Assembly: GCA_964016885.1 (NCBI GenBank)
Contig: OZ024746.1
Coordinates: 7,564,001 to 7,628,000, forward strand
Source: Eledone cirrhosa
Taxonomy: Eukaryota
DNA length: 64,000 nt
Direction: 5' to 3'
This document shows, piece after piece, positions 50,697-62,591 of the stretch (position 1 is the first letter of the stretch; each line of letters begins with the position of its first letter). Position numbers and translations under genes: made by a program. The notes below the pieces were generated by a model, which made no database searches, was not told the DNA's origin, and was given only the letters and a program-made list of their open reading frames with translations.

Positions 50697-53600
50697 CTGA
50701 AATATAGAATTAAAAGATAAAATAAAATTCAATACTATCTTTTTTTTTTTTTGAAGAAAGATGAAAGATATTCAGAGTTAAACAGATATAGAAAAATTAT
50801 TTGAAAAAATTGAATATTTAAGGTTATGCAGTTGAAATGAGAATTTCAATGGTGGATTGGCAGTCTCAGTAGAGCTTCAGACAACATACTTGGTGGTGTA
50901 GAGTTACAGCCCTTCATGTTCTGATTTCAAATCCTGCTCAGGTTAACTTTACCTTTCATCCTTACAGGGTTGATAAAATAAAGTACCAGTAATCAACTTT
51001 CCCCTGTCTATGTCCTAGTACCGGTACCACAATAAAATGTATCCAATACATGCTGTGAAATGGTTGGTGTTAGGAAGGGCATCCAGTCATTGAAACTGTG
51101 CCAGAATAGAATGTATGAACAAAACGCAGTCATCTGACCTGTCTACACACAAAATCTGACAACCTGTCTAAAACAAAGCAACCATAGAAATTGGATGTAA
51201 AACAGATAATTATAATGATGATGATGATGATGATGGTTTCAATTTTTATTTTATTTTTATAAATATATAAATCATTTAACTGGTTCTTTAGTATTTATAT
51301 TTCCCCAGTTCACCCCAATAAAAACATATACATCCCAACATCCCTATTACCTATATGTTTGTCAACTTTTGACATCTTAATTGCACCAATCTAATTTAAT
51401 GTTAGACCCGGAGAGGGTTGGGAAAATGGCCAAGAAACGCTGTATGCCAATACGGTGCCCCCCCCCCCCCCCTACCACTCCATCAGGAGTTACAGGATAA
51501 TACAAAACAAAAAAAAAACAACAGTTTAATGTTATCTATCTACATGCCACTTGAGTTGTGGCATGTAGAATGGGGAGTGAATGGGTTACCCTACCACACT
51601 GACCCAGTGTAAGTTAGTAGGGGAAGCTCTATATGAGTTTCACATCGAATCTGAAACTGGTGTAATATTTACCTCCAAAGAGAAAATATTTTAGCACCTC
51701 ATTTATGTAGAATTTTGAAGTTGGTGAAAATTGGCAAAATATTGATCTTGAATTAAGTCGACCCCCCCCCCCCCCCCCCTCCCCATTTTTTTTTTGGGGT
51801 CACATATTTCTCAACTTCTGTACAAGTATATACAGTAATTTAAATAGAAAAGTTAATAAAATATATGTTTACCAGTGATCTTGTCGCTGCATAGCAAGAA
51901 TAATAGAACAGTCTTTCACAGTTTGTGCCACGAGGAATTGTTTCACCTGTAGAAAATAAAGAAATAATATCTTTAATTAATGAAACATTTTATACTAACC
52001 AAAGAAATGCCAAGTCCACTCTGTAAAGTGGTTGTGTTGGTCCACACAGTAAAATCGTTATTTTGGTGCCAGTACACACAGTAAATGTGGCTGGTGTTAG
52101 GAAGGGCATCAAACCATAGAAACCTAGAGCAAGACACAGTCATCAGATTTGTCTCACAATGTGACAGCTCATCTAACCCTTGCTAGAGTGGAAAATGGAT
52201 GTTAAATGGTGATGATGATGATGATGTGACTCTACCAGCAACATAATTCAAAGATTTCTACTTGTTCATCTATTCTGACAACCCGAAAGTGTAAGATAGC
52301 AGTCCTGAGATGAAGATAGACATCATAACTCATATCATGCAAGAATGTTTCTTTAAATTACTGGTAGAACTCAATAAGTTACCAATTCCCTGACAAGATT
52401 ATTCTTTTTAATGAATAAATATTTCTTTTATTTACACAAGCAAATACATTTTTAGCAGAAATAATAAACATCACAATTTATTTTCCTAGATCTACAAATG
52501 TGGCTTGAAACAAAATCTCCACTACTAAATTGATGTGCTTTTGACCTACTAAATACAGAAAAAGTTGAATAGAGACAACCATAGATACTTGTACGTCTCT
52601 TTGTTGCTTCGTTTACATGAAATTAAATGGAGCACCAGATTGGCAGCTCGGTGTCATCCCTCTAGAGTTGAGGTTTCTAAATGCAATCACAAATTCTATT
52701 TTGATAGTTTCTTTCCTCGCATATCTCAACTACAATTTGCAAAAATTCAAAAGCAACATCAATCACCATCTTCTCTCTTTGTCTTGTCCTTTTCCCTTCT
52801 CAGTGACCCCTTACATTTTAGTGGCTTTATCACTTTGCTTGGGTTGAGCAAAAGGGAAAAAAATGACTAAGTCTCACCTTAATCATTGTATAAAGTATGT
52901 CTGAACTTCCTGCTGCTTCGATATTGTTGTTATTTGAGACGACATACCAGTTGTCTCCCCTGTAAGGACCGTCCAGGCAATACTTTTGTCTGAAACAAAT
53001 AAATATAAGAAAATGTTATAGTTTGCTTGAAGCAAGGAGTAAAGTGTAGGAAAGGCTACCACAATGTGAATTGGATGGTAAATATTAAAAATATGATAAC
53101 ATAGATGTTGGGGTGTTACCTCACAGTTCTTTATATAATACTAGCTGAATTACCCGGCGTTGCCCGGGTTACTGTTGTTCTTATTCAGATTAGTAAACAA
53201 TAAATATGAAGATATGTTGTTTTTTTCCTCATAATTATTTCAAAATATCTACATTTAAAAAAAAAATATCGAAATTGTAATGATAATAGAATTTAGAAAT
53301 GAAAATCTGTCAATCTGTAAACAATATTCATTGTGTAATTCATGTATGTGTAGATGTGTGTGTATATTTAATAACGAACCTAATGAACGCACAAACACAC
53401 ACACACTCACAGGCACATACATATTCATATACAAAATGTGACGTCCTATTGTTTTAATCTAAATGAAAATTAAAATTATCACACATACACTCACACACTC
53501 TCACATACATATACTAAGACAGACACACAGTGACATACATTCACGCACACCTGTCTGTCATCACATATGTATCTGTATGTGTAGATGTGTGTGTCGTGGT

Positions 53601-55875
53601 GGTGGTGGGTGGTTTACTAAAGTTGACTAAAGAAAATATTGTTATGTCAGTCAACACACACACTCACACACATACACTCCAACATACATTCACATACATA
53701 TACTAAGACAGACACATACAAAATGTGACGTCTACACTCACTTGCCTTTCATCCTTACGGGGTCGATAAAATAAAGTACCAGTAATGCACTGGGTAATTG
53801 CTGGCCTTGTGCCTAAAGTAGAAACAATTATGTGTAATGTATGTGTAAATGTGTGTGTGTTTAATTCTCTGAGGCCTAACATACATAACAAATGCACAAA
53901 CACATACACACTCATATACAAAATGTGAGTCGTTGTCGTGGTTTACTATAGTTAACTATAAAAATATTATTTTAGATAAAATCTTATATTGTTTTAATCC
54001 AAATGAAAATAAAAATTACATGATTTGGTCCAGATGTTAGAGAATGCATAGGAACAGACAGAGAGACAAAGAATTTTATATAGAGAGAGATGACTTTGTA
54101 TTCATCTTTGCATTCATATAGATACAATCTCTTTATTTAAAAAATTAGACTATTTGGAAAACATAATAGAACACAACCAAAAAACTAGTGTTTTTTTTTT
54201 ATCTCACCTGTCTTCAGGATATTTTTGGAAATGTTTTTGTAATTGTTGATAAAGAGGATAAATCCCTTCAATATCCAAGTCATCTAAATATTGAACTGAA
54301 AGTATTTTTTCAAGAATGCAGCCAGGAGGAAAGTAGTAATCTCCATCTGTAAATATATAGTGTAAGATATAGTAGCAATCTCCACCTGTAAATATATAGT
54401 GTAAGATATTATAGTAGTAGTGTAAGATATTATTTAATGTAAGATATTATAAGATTGCAGACTACAAAATGTATTTGGGAACAAAATATATCAAAGACAA
54501 ACATTAACAGATTCAAAGGAAAAAGTTCAAAAAACAAAGGTGATGATCAAGCTTGTCTAAAGTCTGTCTCAAACTCAGAGGCTCAATTGATCGGTGCTTA
54601 TCCTGATTTTTGTAGTGTGAAGCGACTGAGAGTACAAATATTTTTGTTCACATAATTAAATGACGATATGGTATTAAGAAACACCTGGTCTTAAAATATT
54701 TATTCTCTATGTTAAACAATTATAAAGAATAACATTAAAGTAATAAAAAAATAAGCTGTTTCTATAGTCTTGTATGATCATGGGTTCATTTTGTATTCAC
54801 CTTCTCAAAGTCTGTCTCAATTCAGGATGTTCATCAGGCCGGTGCTTATCCCAGCTGAGAGTACAAGACTCCTCCTGGACAGGGCACCAGTCCATCGCAG
54901 GGTTAAACCCCCAGCTTTTGTTGGTACTCATTTTTAGCTGAGCAATGTGAAATGAAGTGTTTTCCTCAAGAACACAACACACAACTCAGTCTAGGATAAG
55001 CCGAGAAAGCAAATGTTGGTGAGTTATACTTCAATAATGTGGCTTTTCACAAGAAAAGGTTTCCCACCTCTGATATAGAGTATCAGAGACTAGTTATCAG
55101 TGAAAATATTGGTTACTCACCATCATCTGATGTACTTCTGTAACTACTGCTAAGACACCGTTGATCTTGGTTTCGACCTTTTTGTGAGATATAATGTACT
55201 GGGGTACATGTATCCATGGGGTAGTGCAAAGCATCAACAACAAGGTTAATAAAGACATCTAAACAACTGAAATGAAGAGAAAAATACTCATTAAACCAAC
55301 TATATAATCACATACACACATGTGCACACACACACTAATACACATACACTCTGGTTCTATGAAATAAATCCACCCATTTTAAAGGTTTTCAATTTAAATT
55401 AAAATCTTCCAGTATAATTTTATATAAGAACCTTACATTAAGTTACTATCTTAGTAATGAAAGAATTAATAATTTTACTAAATCCTCCATTATTCCTCAT
55501 TCATTAATTGAAATAGAGTGTATTTCATTAGAAACTGTCTTGAAAGGGTTAAATTAACTACTTACAGTGTAAAAACATATCGTATATTATATTTCATTTA
55601 TGCCTGTCTTAGTATGGCTAAAAATTAATCTTCTAAGTGCTAAATGCCCATGGCCACAGATTATAAATCTGCAAACATTCCATCACAGTTTTACGAGGGT
55701 GGACTGAAAAGTTCATTGGTTGATTATGAAGGATTGATGCTAGAGCTGTGAAATCTTGCATGCATTAATTTCAACTTTTCTTCTTACTAACAGCATTGTT
55801 TCTTTCTAGGGACTATGTTGAAAAATAAACATCATTTGGTCATTCTATGAACTTTTCACCCAGTTCATTATGAAC

Positions 55876-55906
<31 letters not shown>

Positions 55907-57905
55907 ACAGCTCACACCTATGCAGGTTTAGCTGGCCTCCTCCAAGGTATATCTCGTTGGAGGTGTCTTGGGTAATTTAATGATAGGGACCCCAGTGCTA
56001 TCATCTTATTTCTACAGCTGAGTAAACTGGAGCAACGTAAAATAAAGTGTCTTGCTCAAGGAAACAACACATCACCCGGTCCGAGAATTGAACTCACAAC
56101 CTTTCGATTGCAAGCCCAATGCTCTAACCACTAAGCCATGCGTGAACAATTGCATTAAACTAAAGTGAAGACTTTAATTTTTTAATGTGATGTAGCCATA
56201 GTGATGTTTAATACTATTCAATAATGTTATTTAATGTAGTTTCATGTGGCTCAGGACGTTAAGAGTTAACAAGTTAAAGATTATACAGAAGACAAAAGAA
56301 AAACAATAGAAAAACAATATTTTTCTTGAAAACAGAATATTTACCTCATATTAGCATTTTCAGCATTTTGAATTTGTTCACCTAAAAAATCTCCTAATAT
56401 TTCTGTAAGGTCTTCTTTTACATATTCACTATAAACTTCTACTCCATTCTGGAATATAAAAACATGGTTCTACCAGCTGTTTTAAGGGGTTTATTTGATC
56501 TTTGGTTAGAAAAATTTAAGAGAGAAAATCAAGAGAAGTTAGTAACTTTAAACCTAATTTTTAAATATAATAATTGTTTCCACTTTTGGCACAAGGCCAG
56601 CAATTACCCAGTGCATTACTGGTACTTTATTTTATCGACCCCGTAAGGATGAAAGGCAAAGTTAACCTCGGCGGGATTTGAACTCAGAATGGCAAGGGTC
56701 GTAACTCTATGCGTCAAAGCATGGCGTCCGACCTTCTACCGATACTGCCAATCCTCCGCCCTATTTTTAAATATAATAATGATAATGAAATTATTGTGTA
56801 CAGTGCTCAAGTGCACTACAACTCATCAAAGGTGCATTTATAGTACATAGAATAATATACAAATGTCAGGGAAGTGTAAGAGTCATGATATACATGTGTG
56901 TGTGTGTATGGAGGGGAAATATTAGGTGTAGTGTTGGCGAATCTCAGGAAGCATGGAGGTTTTAAAGGATGCAGTGTCTCGACAGCTAATAACTGATGCC
57001 GGGAGTTTGTTACATGCTTCAGCCACTCTGAGCATGAAAAAATGTTTCTGAAAGTCATGGGAGCTGTGCTGTTTTCTGACTTTGTTGGCATGCCCACGTG
57101 TGGCATGTATCAACATTAAAATAATAAATTGAAAATAACAGCAATAACAGATGATCTCTGTAAGTAACAGCTGAGAAAATCAATACCCTTAATAAACGAG
57201 ACACAGATCCCTGAACTGTCTGAGAGATCAGTGACTCCGCTTCAGTACTGATTTGGTCTATGTAGAGCTGTCCAACCCTTGCTAGCAGAGAAAGTGAACA
57301 TTAAAATGACAACGATGATGATGATGATGATGATGATGAAGCGTCTAACCATGTATTTCTTGAATAATGGGGTTTGATTTCTTGTAGGTGCTCCTGTCCA
57401 CTTTTTCCCATCATTAACCCTTTAACATTTACATTACTCTATATTTACTATTGTATTTTCACAGTAAACACTTTATCACATATAATATTGAATCTACAAA
57501 ATTATTATATTATTTGTTTTGAGAATAATATGTTAACATATGTATGGCCGGTTTGAACAGAAAGAGGTGAAAGAATCCTGGCTGAATACGGCTGGTTTAA
57601 ATGCTAAAGGGTTCAAGAGTATTTTACTTGATTTTCTCAGCTATTATTTATAGTCTTTAGCTGTTATTGCAGCTATTTTCTGCATTTAGGATGCTCAAAT
57701 TTTCAAATTTCAAATTCTCCCAGCAATCCATAAATCATAAGTTGGTATATATAAATATATGACTTAAGATGTGTGAGAAATATGATTAAATCAGCAAAAT
57801 ATTAAAAGATAAATAGGGAAAGATGAACTGACCTTACATATTTTTAAGTTATTTTGTGGTGTACTTAGTAACTCATGGATTGCATGACGAACTCGTGATG
57901 GGTTT
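50525..57905 (-). CDS. IPPK: Inositol-pentakisphosphate 2-kinase, 3' seven coding exons (5' exons not found in window)
   Basis: Exons 57833-57905, 56345-56448, 55121-55266, 54208-54346, 52878-52989, 51873-51946 and 50525-50696, all GT-AG and phase-compatible. IP5 2-K family motifs QNNLKI.KNG, GCIL..VQYLDDLDIEGIYPLY, DGPY, KDCSII and IIDLDPKSYEKI are present. Confidence 0.92.
51873..51946 (-). CDS. IPPK: IPPK exon, VKQFLVAQTVKDCSIILAMQRQDH
   Basis: Acceptor ttctacag, donor GTAAAC; KDCS motif. Confidence 0.92.
52878..52989 (-). CDS. IPPK: IPPK exon, QKYCLDGPYRGDNWYVVSNNNNIEAAGSSDILYTMIK
   Basis: Acceptor gtttcag, donor GTGAGA; 112 nt. Confidence 0.9.
53141..54090 (-). mobile_element. Non-autonomous Helitron-type element in an IPPK intron
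   Basis: Minus strand runs A|TCTCTCTCTATATAAAA ... GC-rich hairpin CCCGGGCAACGCCGGG ... CTAG|T with no TSD. It has internal AC-rich repeats and a nested family A SINE at 53741-53829. Confidence 0.75.
54208..54346 (-). CDS. IPPK: IPPK exon, GDYYFPPGCILEKILSVQYLDDLDIEGIYPLYQQLQKHFQKYPED(R)
   Basis: Acceptor tttacag, donor GTGAGA; 139 nt. An alternative acceptor may lie at 54385. Confidence 0.93.
55121..55266 (-). CDS. IPPK: IPPK exon, CLDVFINLVVDALHYPMDTCTPVHYISQKGRNQDQRCLSSSYRSTSDD
   Basis: Acceptor catttcag, donor GTGAGT; 146 nt; phase fits both neighbours. Confidence 0.85.
55694..55866. mobile_element. mariner-type MITE
   Basis: Ends are TA-CGAGGGTGGACTGAAAAGTTCAT ... ATGAACTTTTCACCCAG. 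Confidence 0.55.
55906..56142 (-). mobile_element. SINE family C, full length
   Basis: Homologous to the 17712 and 39674 copies; abuts a (TG)n tract. Confidence 0.85.
56345..56448 (-). CDS. IPPK: IPPK exon, NGVEVYSEYVKEDLTEILGDFLGEQIQNAENANM(S)
   Basis: Acceptor attccag, donor GTAAAT; 104 nt; continues QNNLKICK|NG. Confidence 0.88.
56575..56761 (-). mobile_element. SINE family A, full length with TSD TTTTTAAATATAATAAT
   Basis: Direct repeat at about 56558 and about 56765. Confidence 0.85.
56775..57115 (-). mobile_element. CR1-like LINE 3' end
   Basis: HATRGHANKVRKQHSSHDFQKHFFMLRVAEACNKLPASVISCRDTASFK has the TRGH..FF..RV...WN.LP signature of the CR1 ORF2 end. Confidence 0.8.
57414..57615. 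mobile_element. piggyBac-like MITE, family P2
   Basis: Ends are TTAA-CCCTTTA...TAAAGGG-TTCA; homologous to 19944-20157. Confidence 0.65.
57833..57905 (-). CDS. IPPK: IPPK exon, NPSRVRHAIHELLSTPQNNLKICK
   Basis: Acceptor acttccag, donor GTCAGT; QNNL motif. Confidence 0.9.
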
Positions 57906-58413
57906 CTGGAAGTAATTATAAAAATGAGTTCCAATGAATAAGTTTTATTTATACATATACCTACATATATATATATATGTATGTAAAAGGTAAACAGAAA
58001 TAACAACACAATCGGTACAGTATATGGAAGGGATATATTAGGTTACCGCTTTATATAGCAGGAAGAGGGTCGCTAGTCCTTCATCAGAAGAAAGAATGAG
58101 AAATAAGAAAGATTGAGGTGACGGGCGGGCTTACAAATATAGACACATTTTTGTAGACAAATACACACACATACACTGTGGTTGGTGATAGGGTGTCCAA
58201 CCATATAAAACCTGCAAAACATGGGCCAAAGACATGATAACACTGTTAGTGCTGGTGTCACAATAAAATGCACTTTGTGCACTCTGGGGAGTGTAGGAAT
58301 GTATGTGAAATGATACCCTTCAAGCAGTTTGAGAGGTCACTGGCTCTGATTAAGTACAGATGTAGTTTGTAATGACATGTACAACCTTTATTAGCAAGGA
58401 AAACAGACATTAA

Positions 58414-58875
58414 ATGATGATGGTGTTGGTGGTGTTGGTGGTGATGGTGTTGGTGATGGTGTTGGTGTTATTGGTGGTGTTATTGGTGTTGGTGGTGATG
58501 TCATTGGTGTTGGTGGTGATGGTGTTGGTGATGGTGGTGGTGGTGTTGGTGGTTTTATTATTGGTGGTGGCGCGATTGGTGGTGATGGTAGTGGTGTTGG
58601 TGGTGTTGTTAGTGGTGGTGGTGTTGGTGATGGTGATGGTGTTGGTCTTGGTGTTAGTGGTGGCGGTGTTGGTGGTGCTGGTGTTGGTGGTGGTGATAGT
58701 ATTGGTGTTATTGGTGATGGTGTTGGTGGTGGTGTTATTGGTGATGGTGTTATTGGTGATGGTGGTGATGGTGGTGGTGATAGTGTTGGTGGTGGTGTTT
58801 TTGGTGTCGGTGTTATTGGTGGTAGTGGTGATAGTGTTGGTGTTGGTGGTAGTTGTATTGGTGATGATGATGATG
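58414..58875. repeat. Imperfect (GGT/GTT/GAT)n trinucleotide repeat
   Basis: Directly visible; lies in an IPPK intron. Confidence 0.9.
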
Positions 58876-59283
58876 GGAGAGGAGATGGGGCTAGATCATT
58901 CATCTCCATTTGTTTGTTGCTACTAACATCTTCATGAGGTTCTGTTCAATATTGAGTTAGAAGCAATATTAAAGAGGAGGCAACATAAAGAACCCTTTCC
59001 TTGGTATATTAAACAGTTATGTCTATAACTAAACATATAAGAGATAGCGAGGAAACATCTACATGGTCATTTAACATGCTAGAAATAGCAGCTAAATTGA
59101 TTTCAAGTGACTGTTTACTGTCATAAAAGGAGAAGAAACACATTAGATAGTGGCAAGATATGACCAACCCCCTCCCTCCTCGCAGATGGTCAAGGTTTGA
59201 ACAACTTTAATCATAAGTCATTCATGATTGACCTGAGTCAATACAACAACGACTGTTTACACAAAAGTGGCTAGTAGCTCTGA

Positions 59284-59518
59284 TTAACCCTTTAGTTACC
59301 AGCCAGGCCAAAACCAGTTCTGGTTCTATGAAATAAAATCACTCATTTTAAAGGTTTCCAATTTAAGTTAAAATCTTCCAACATAATTTTATATAAGAAC
59401 CTCACATTAAGTTACTATCTTCGTAATGAAAGAATTAATAATTTTAGTAAATGCCTCAAAATTCTTCATTAACTAATTGAAATAGAGTATATTAGAAGTG
59501 CGGTAATGAAAGGGTTAA
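59284..59518. mobile_element. piggyBac-like MITE, family P1
   Basis: Ends are TTAA-CCCTTTAGTTACC ... GGTAATGAAAGGG-TTAA. Confidence 0.78.
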
Positions 59519-59898
59519 ACACTGACAGGCTGTAATGATCCAACCCTTGCTAACAGGAAAAATGAACATTAAATGATGATGATGATGTTTTATAAAACCA
59601 TCAGCTACCCCCCACCCAATGAGATAGCCATGATTGTGCTTATGAATCTTAATCATCAAACTTGTAAATATCTAATCACAAATAATTTTCTTGATGAGTC
59701 ACAAAGATTTTAAGAGAAATGAGGAATGTGACATTTTGACCATTCCCAAAGGTAACAAGGGCTTAAATGGTATCAATTCCATTGTATAGGGCCATAGTTA
59801 AGTGTCTTATACCATATAGCCTTAGTTGAGTAATACCTTCTGCGTGAAATTTGATAGATGGAAACTTTATGGAAGCCCATCATATACGTAAATATATA

Positions 59899-60090
59899 CA
59901 AGGGGGTGCTGAAAAGTTCCTGGCTTTAAGGGTATCATGAACGGGTAGAGCTGTTACCTCTACAGGGGAGGTAGGACCACTGCAATAAGTGTGTGAATCT
60001 GAGAGGGGAATATGTTGAATAAAATCACAACTAATTGATCCTCCTGTATTTTCTTTTACTCAAAGCCGGGAACTTTTCATCACCCTCTCG
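59899..60090. mobile_element. mariner-type MITE
   Basis: TIRs GGGTGCTGAAAAGTTCCTGGCTTT / AAAGCCGGGAACTTTTCATCACCC. Confidence 0.72.
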
Positions 60091-60759
60091 ATTGTGTGTT
60101 TCTTTACTAAGTTTGAGTCTTGTTACTCTGAAGTTTCACCTGTGTACTCACAGGGTTATAAAACAAGACTCAAAACCCACTCACTCCACCCTGTAAGATG
60201 TTAGTGCCATGACAAAAGCACTCAGTCCACTTTGTAAGGTGGTGTCATGAAAAATACTCCCAGTACTCTGTAACGTGGTTGGTGACAAGAAGGACATCTA
60301 GCCATAGAAAACTTGACAAACTAGGTTGGGATGACCTTCAGTCATGACAAAAACATGACAACTCCCTTAATGCTGATAACACAATAAAATGAACTCAGTA
60401 GAGCAAGGGACCATATGCGAGATGTAGGCCTCCAACCCATCTGAGAGGTCAGTAGCCACACATGGGTACTGACTCAGTTAATGAAGACCCATCCAACCCT
60501 TGTTAACAGAGAAAAAAAGACATTCAATGATGATGATGACTGTGATCTGATATCTTAGTGACACAGAATAAACTTCACTTGAGAGCAATAACAATTATTT
60601 GTGAACATCACCATATCATTTTACAAAACAAATATTTGCCTTGCAATACAAATAATTCTAATCCTACCTACAACAGTAATTTTATATCCATAACAAACAT
60701 TACCAGGGTTTATATAGACATTTGCATAGAAACAGTTAAAAGGTTCATTATTATGATTT

Positions 60760-60968
60760 TTCATTTTGACACAAGGCCAGTAATTTGGGGGGAGGGGAAA
60801 ATCGATTAAATCGACCCCAGTACATTACAGGTGCTTTATTTATCGACCTCATAAGGTTGAAAGGCAAAGTTAACCTCAATGGAATTTGAACTCAGAACAT
60901 AAAGGGCCGTAACTCTATGCCATAAAGCATGTTGTTTAACGCTGCCTCCAGTATTTCCAATCCCCCAC
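60760..60968 (-). mobile_element. SINE family A, older/longer variant
   Basis: Family A core plus an extra GGGGGAGGGGAAAATCGATTAAATCGACCCC segment. Confidence 0.7.
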
Positions 60969-62269
60969 TCTTATAATAGTTGGAGGCCTCTCTTATATAA
61001 TAAAACAGACAGGGTGACAAATTGGCAGAGTGGCATTGCTGGTGCCACAATAAAATAAACACAGTCCATGCTGTAAAGTGGTAGCACTGGTGCCACAATA
61101 AAATGCACCTAGTACATGCTGTGAAGTGTTTGTCATTAGGAAGTGAATCCAGCTGTAGAAACCATAAGACATGGTAATCTGACCTGTCATAGGTTTAGGA
61201 CATAACCATCCAATCCAAGCAAAGCCAACATAGAAAATAAATGTATAACAGTGTGGAAAATGATTTAATAACCCTATACACTTAAATATAAGCCAACCCC
61301 ACTATTTTATGTCTGAGAAATGGGCAACAATCCAAACCCTGTTTATAAGCCAAAGCAGCTAATCAACACATTTAGATGCTGAATATAAGCCACCACCTCC
61401 AATTTTACCATTGATTTTTTTGTTGTTGCATATTCAAGTATATTCAAGTATATATGGCATATATTCAAGTATATATGGTAAATATTCAACATTTTCTACA
61501 AAAGGCTTTAAAGAAAAAAAATCTTGAAATTTAATTTTAGATCAATAGGCTGGGCTGTTGTGGTCCAGAACAAAACAGAAGCATGTTCAACTCTCAGGAT
61601 TTATCTGACCTAGATTTAAGGAAGTTTTTAAGGACAATCCTAACTCTTTTAAGATCCTGAAAGGAAATGTACCCTCTATATAAGAATAGTATTCCATGAT
61701 TGTAATCATAAACAGCATATGGGAATAAGAGATAGCTCAAGTATATTTTATTTTCCAACAGCAAACTGTATATATTTTTCTTATCAGTTGTAACCATTTC
61801 TCATCATCATCATCGTTTAACGTCCATCGTCCACGCTAGCATGGGTTATGAAACAATACTAAAATATCTACAAACAAATATTTCAGTGAATTTTTTCAAC
61901 TTAATTTTGATGAGAATAAAGTAGTATAGTTAATACAAAGCATTGTGAGATGTGTAATAAATGACTAAGTTTTAAAAAGCTGATACAATGTGGTAGAAAT
62001 AAAGAGCAAAGTATATAGAGCAATACAAAGTAATGTTTTATCCAGTATATTTCAACACGATATTTCAGGGCTATTACCCTCTTTTCAAATATGAAGTAGA
62101 AACAATTGTTTTATTTGTCAACCTTTGCCTTTTATATATTTCTACCACATTGTACCAGCTTTCTAAAATACTTATCAGTCATTTATTAGTTTTTGATATA
62201 TGAATTGTTCAGAGGAACTAAAATTTATAAGGTATTATCAGATGTACTTGTGAGCTACATCTTAGTGTA

Positions 62270-62547
62270 AAGTTTGTATGAAGGGAACTACAGATGGAAA
62301 GGATATTGAGCTGGATCTTGAGATGGTGTGAAGGTGGAAGGTACAAAAACGTTTCGTTACCTTAGAGAAGGTAGACCAAACTCAGCAACAGTATCTAGAG
62401 TGAGATGTTCATGGAAGAAGTTCTGGGAACTGAGTGATGTGTTAATGAGGAGGGGAGTGTTGCTTAAACTGAAAGGAAAGGTATATACTACATGTGTGAA
62501 CAGTGCCATGATTTATGAACACAAGACATCGGTGATGAGTGGAGTAA

Positions 62548-62555
<8 letters not shown>
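62270..62555 (+). mobile_element. RTE LINE fragment
   Basis: Reads FRYL..RVRCSWKKFWELSDVL..GVLLKLKGKVYTTCVNSAMIY. Confidence 0.7.

Positions 62556-62591
<36 letters not shown>

Noticed and set aside
58391-58926. Pro/Thr-rich extensin/mucin-like ORF (-) and poly-Val ORF (+)
   Set aside because: Both are readings of an imperfect GGT repeat inside an IPPK intron; no convincing splice sites and no fit to IPPK.
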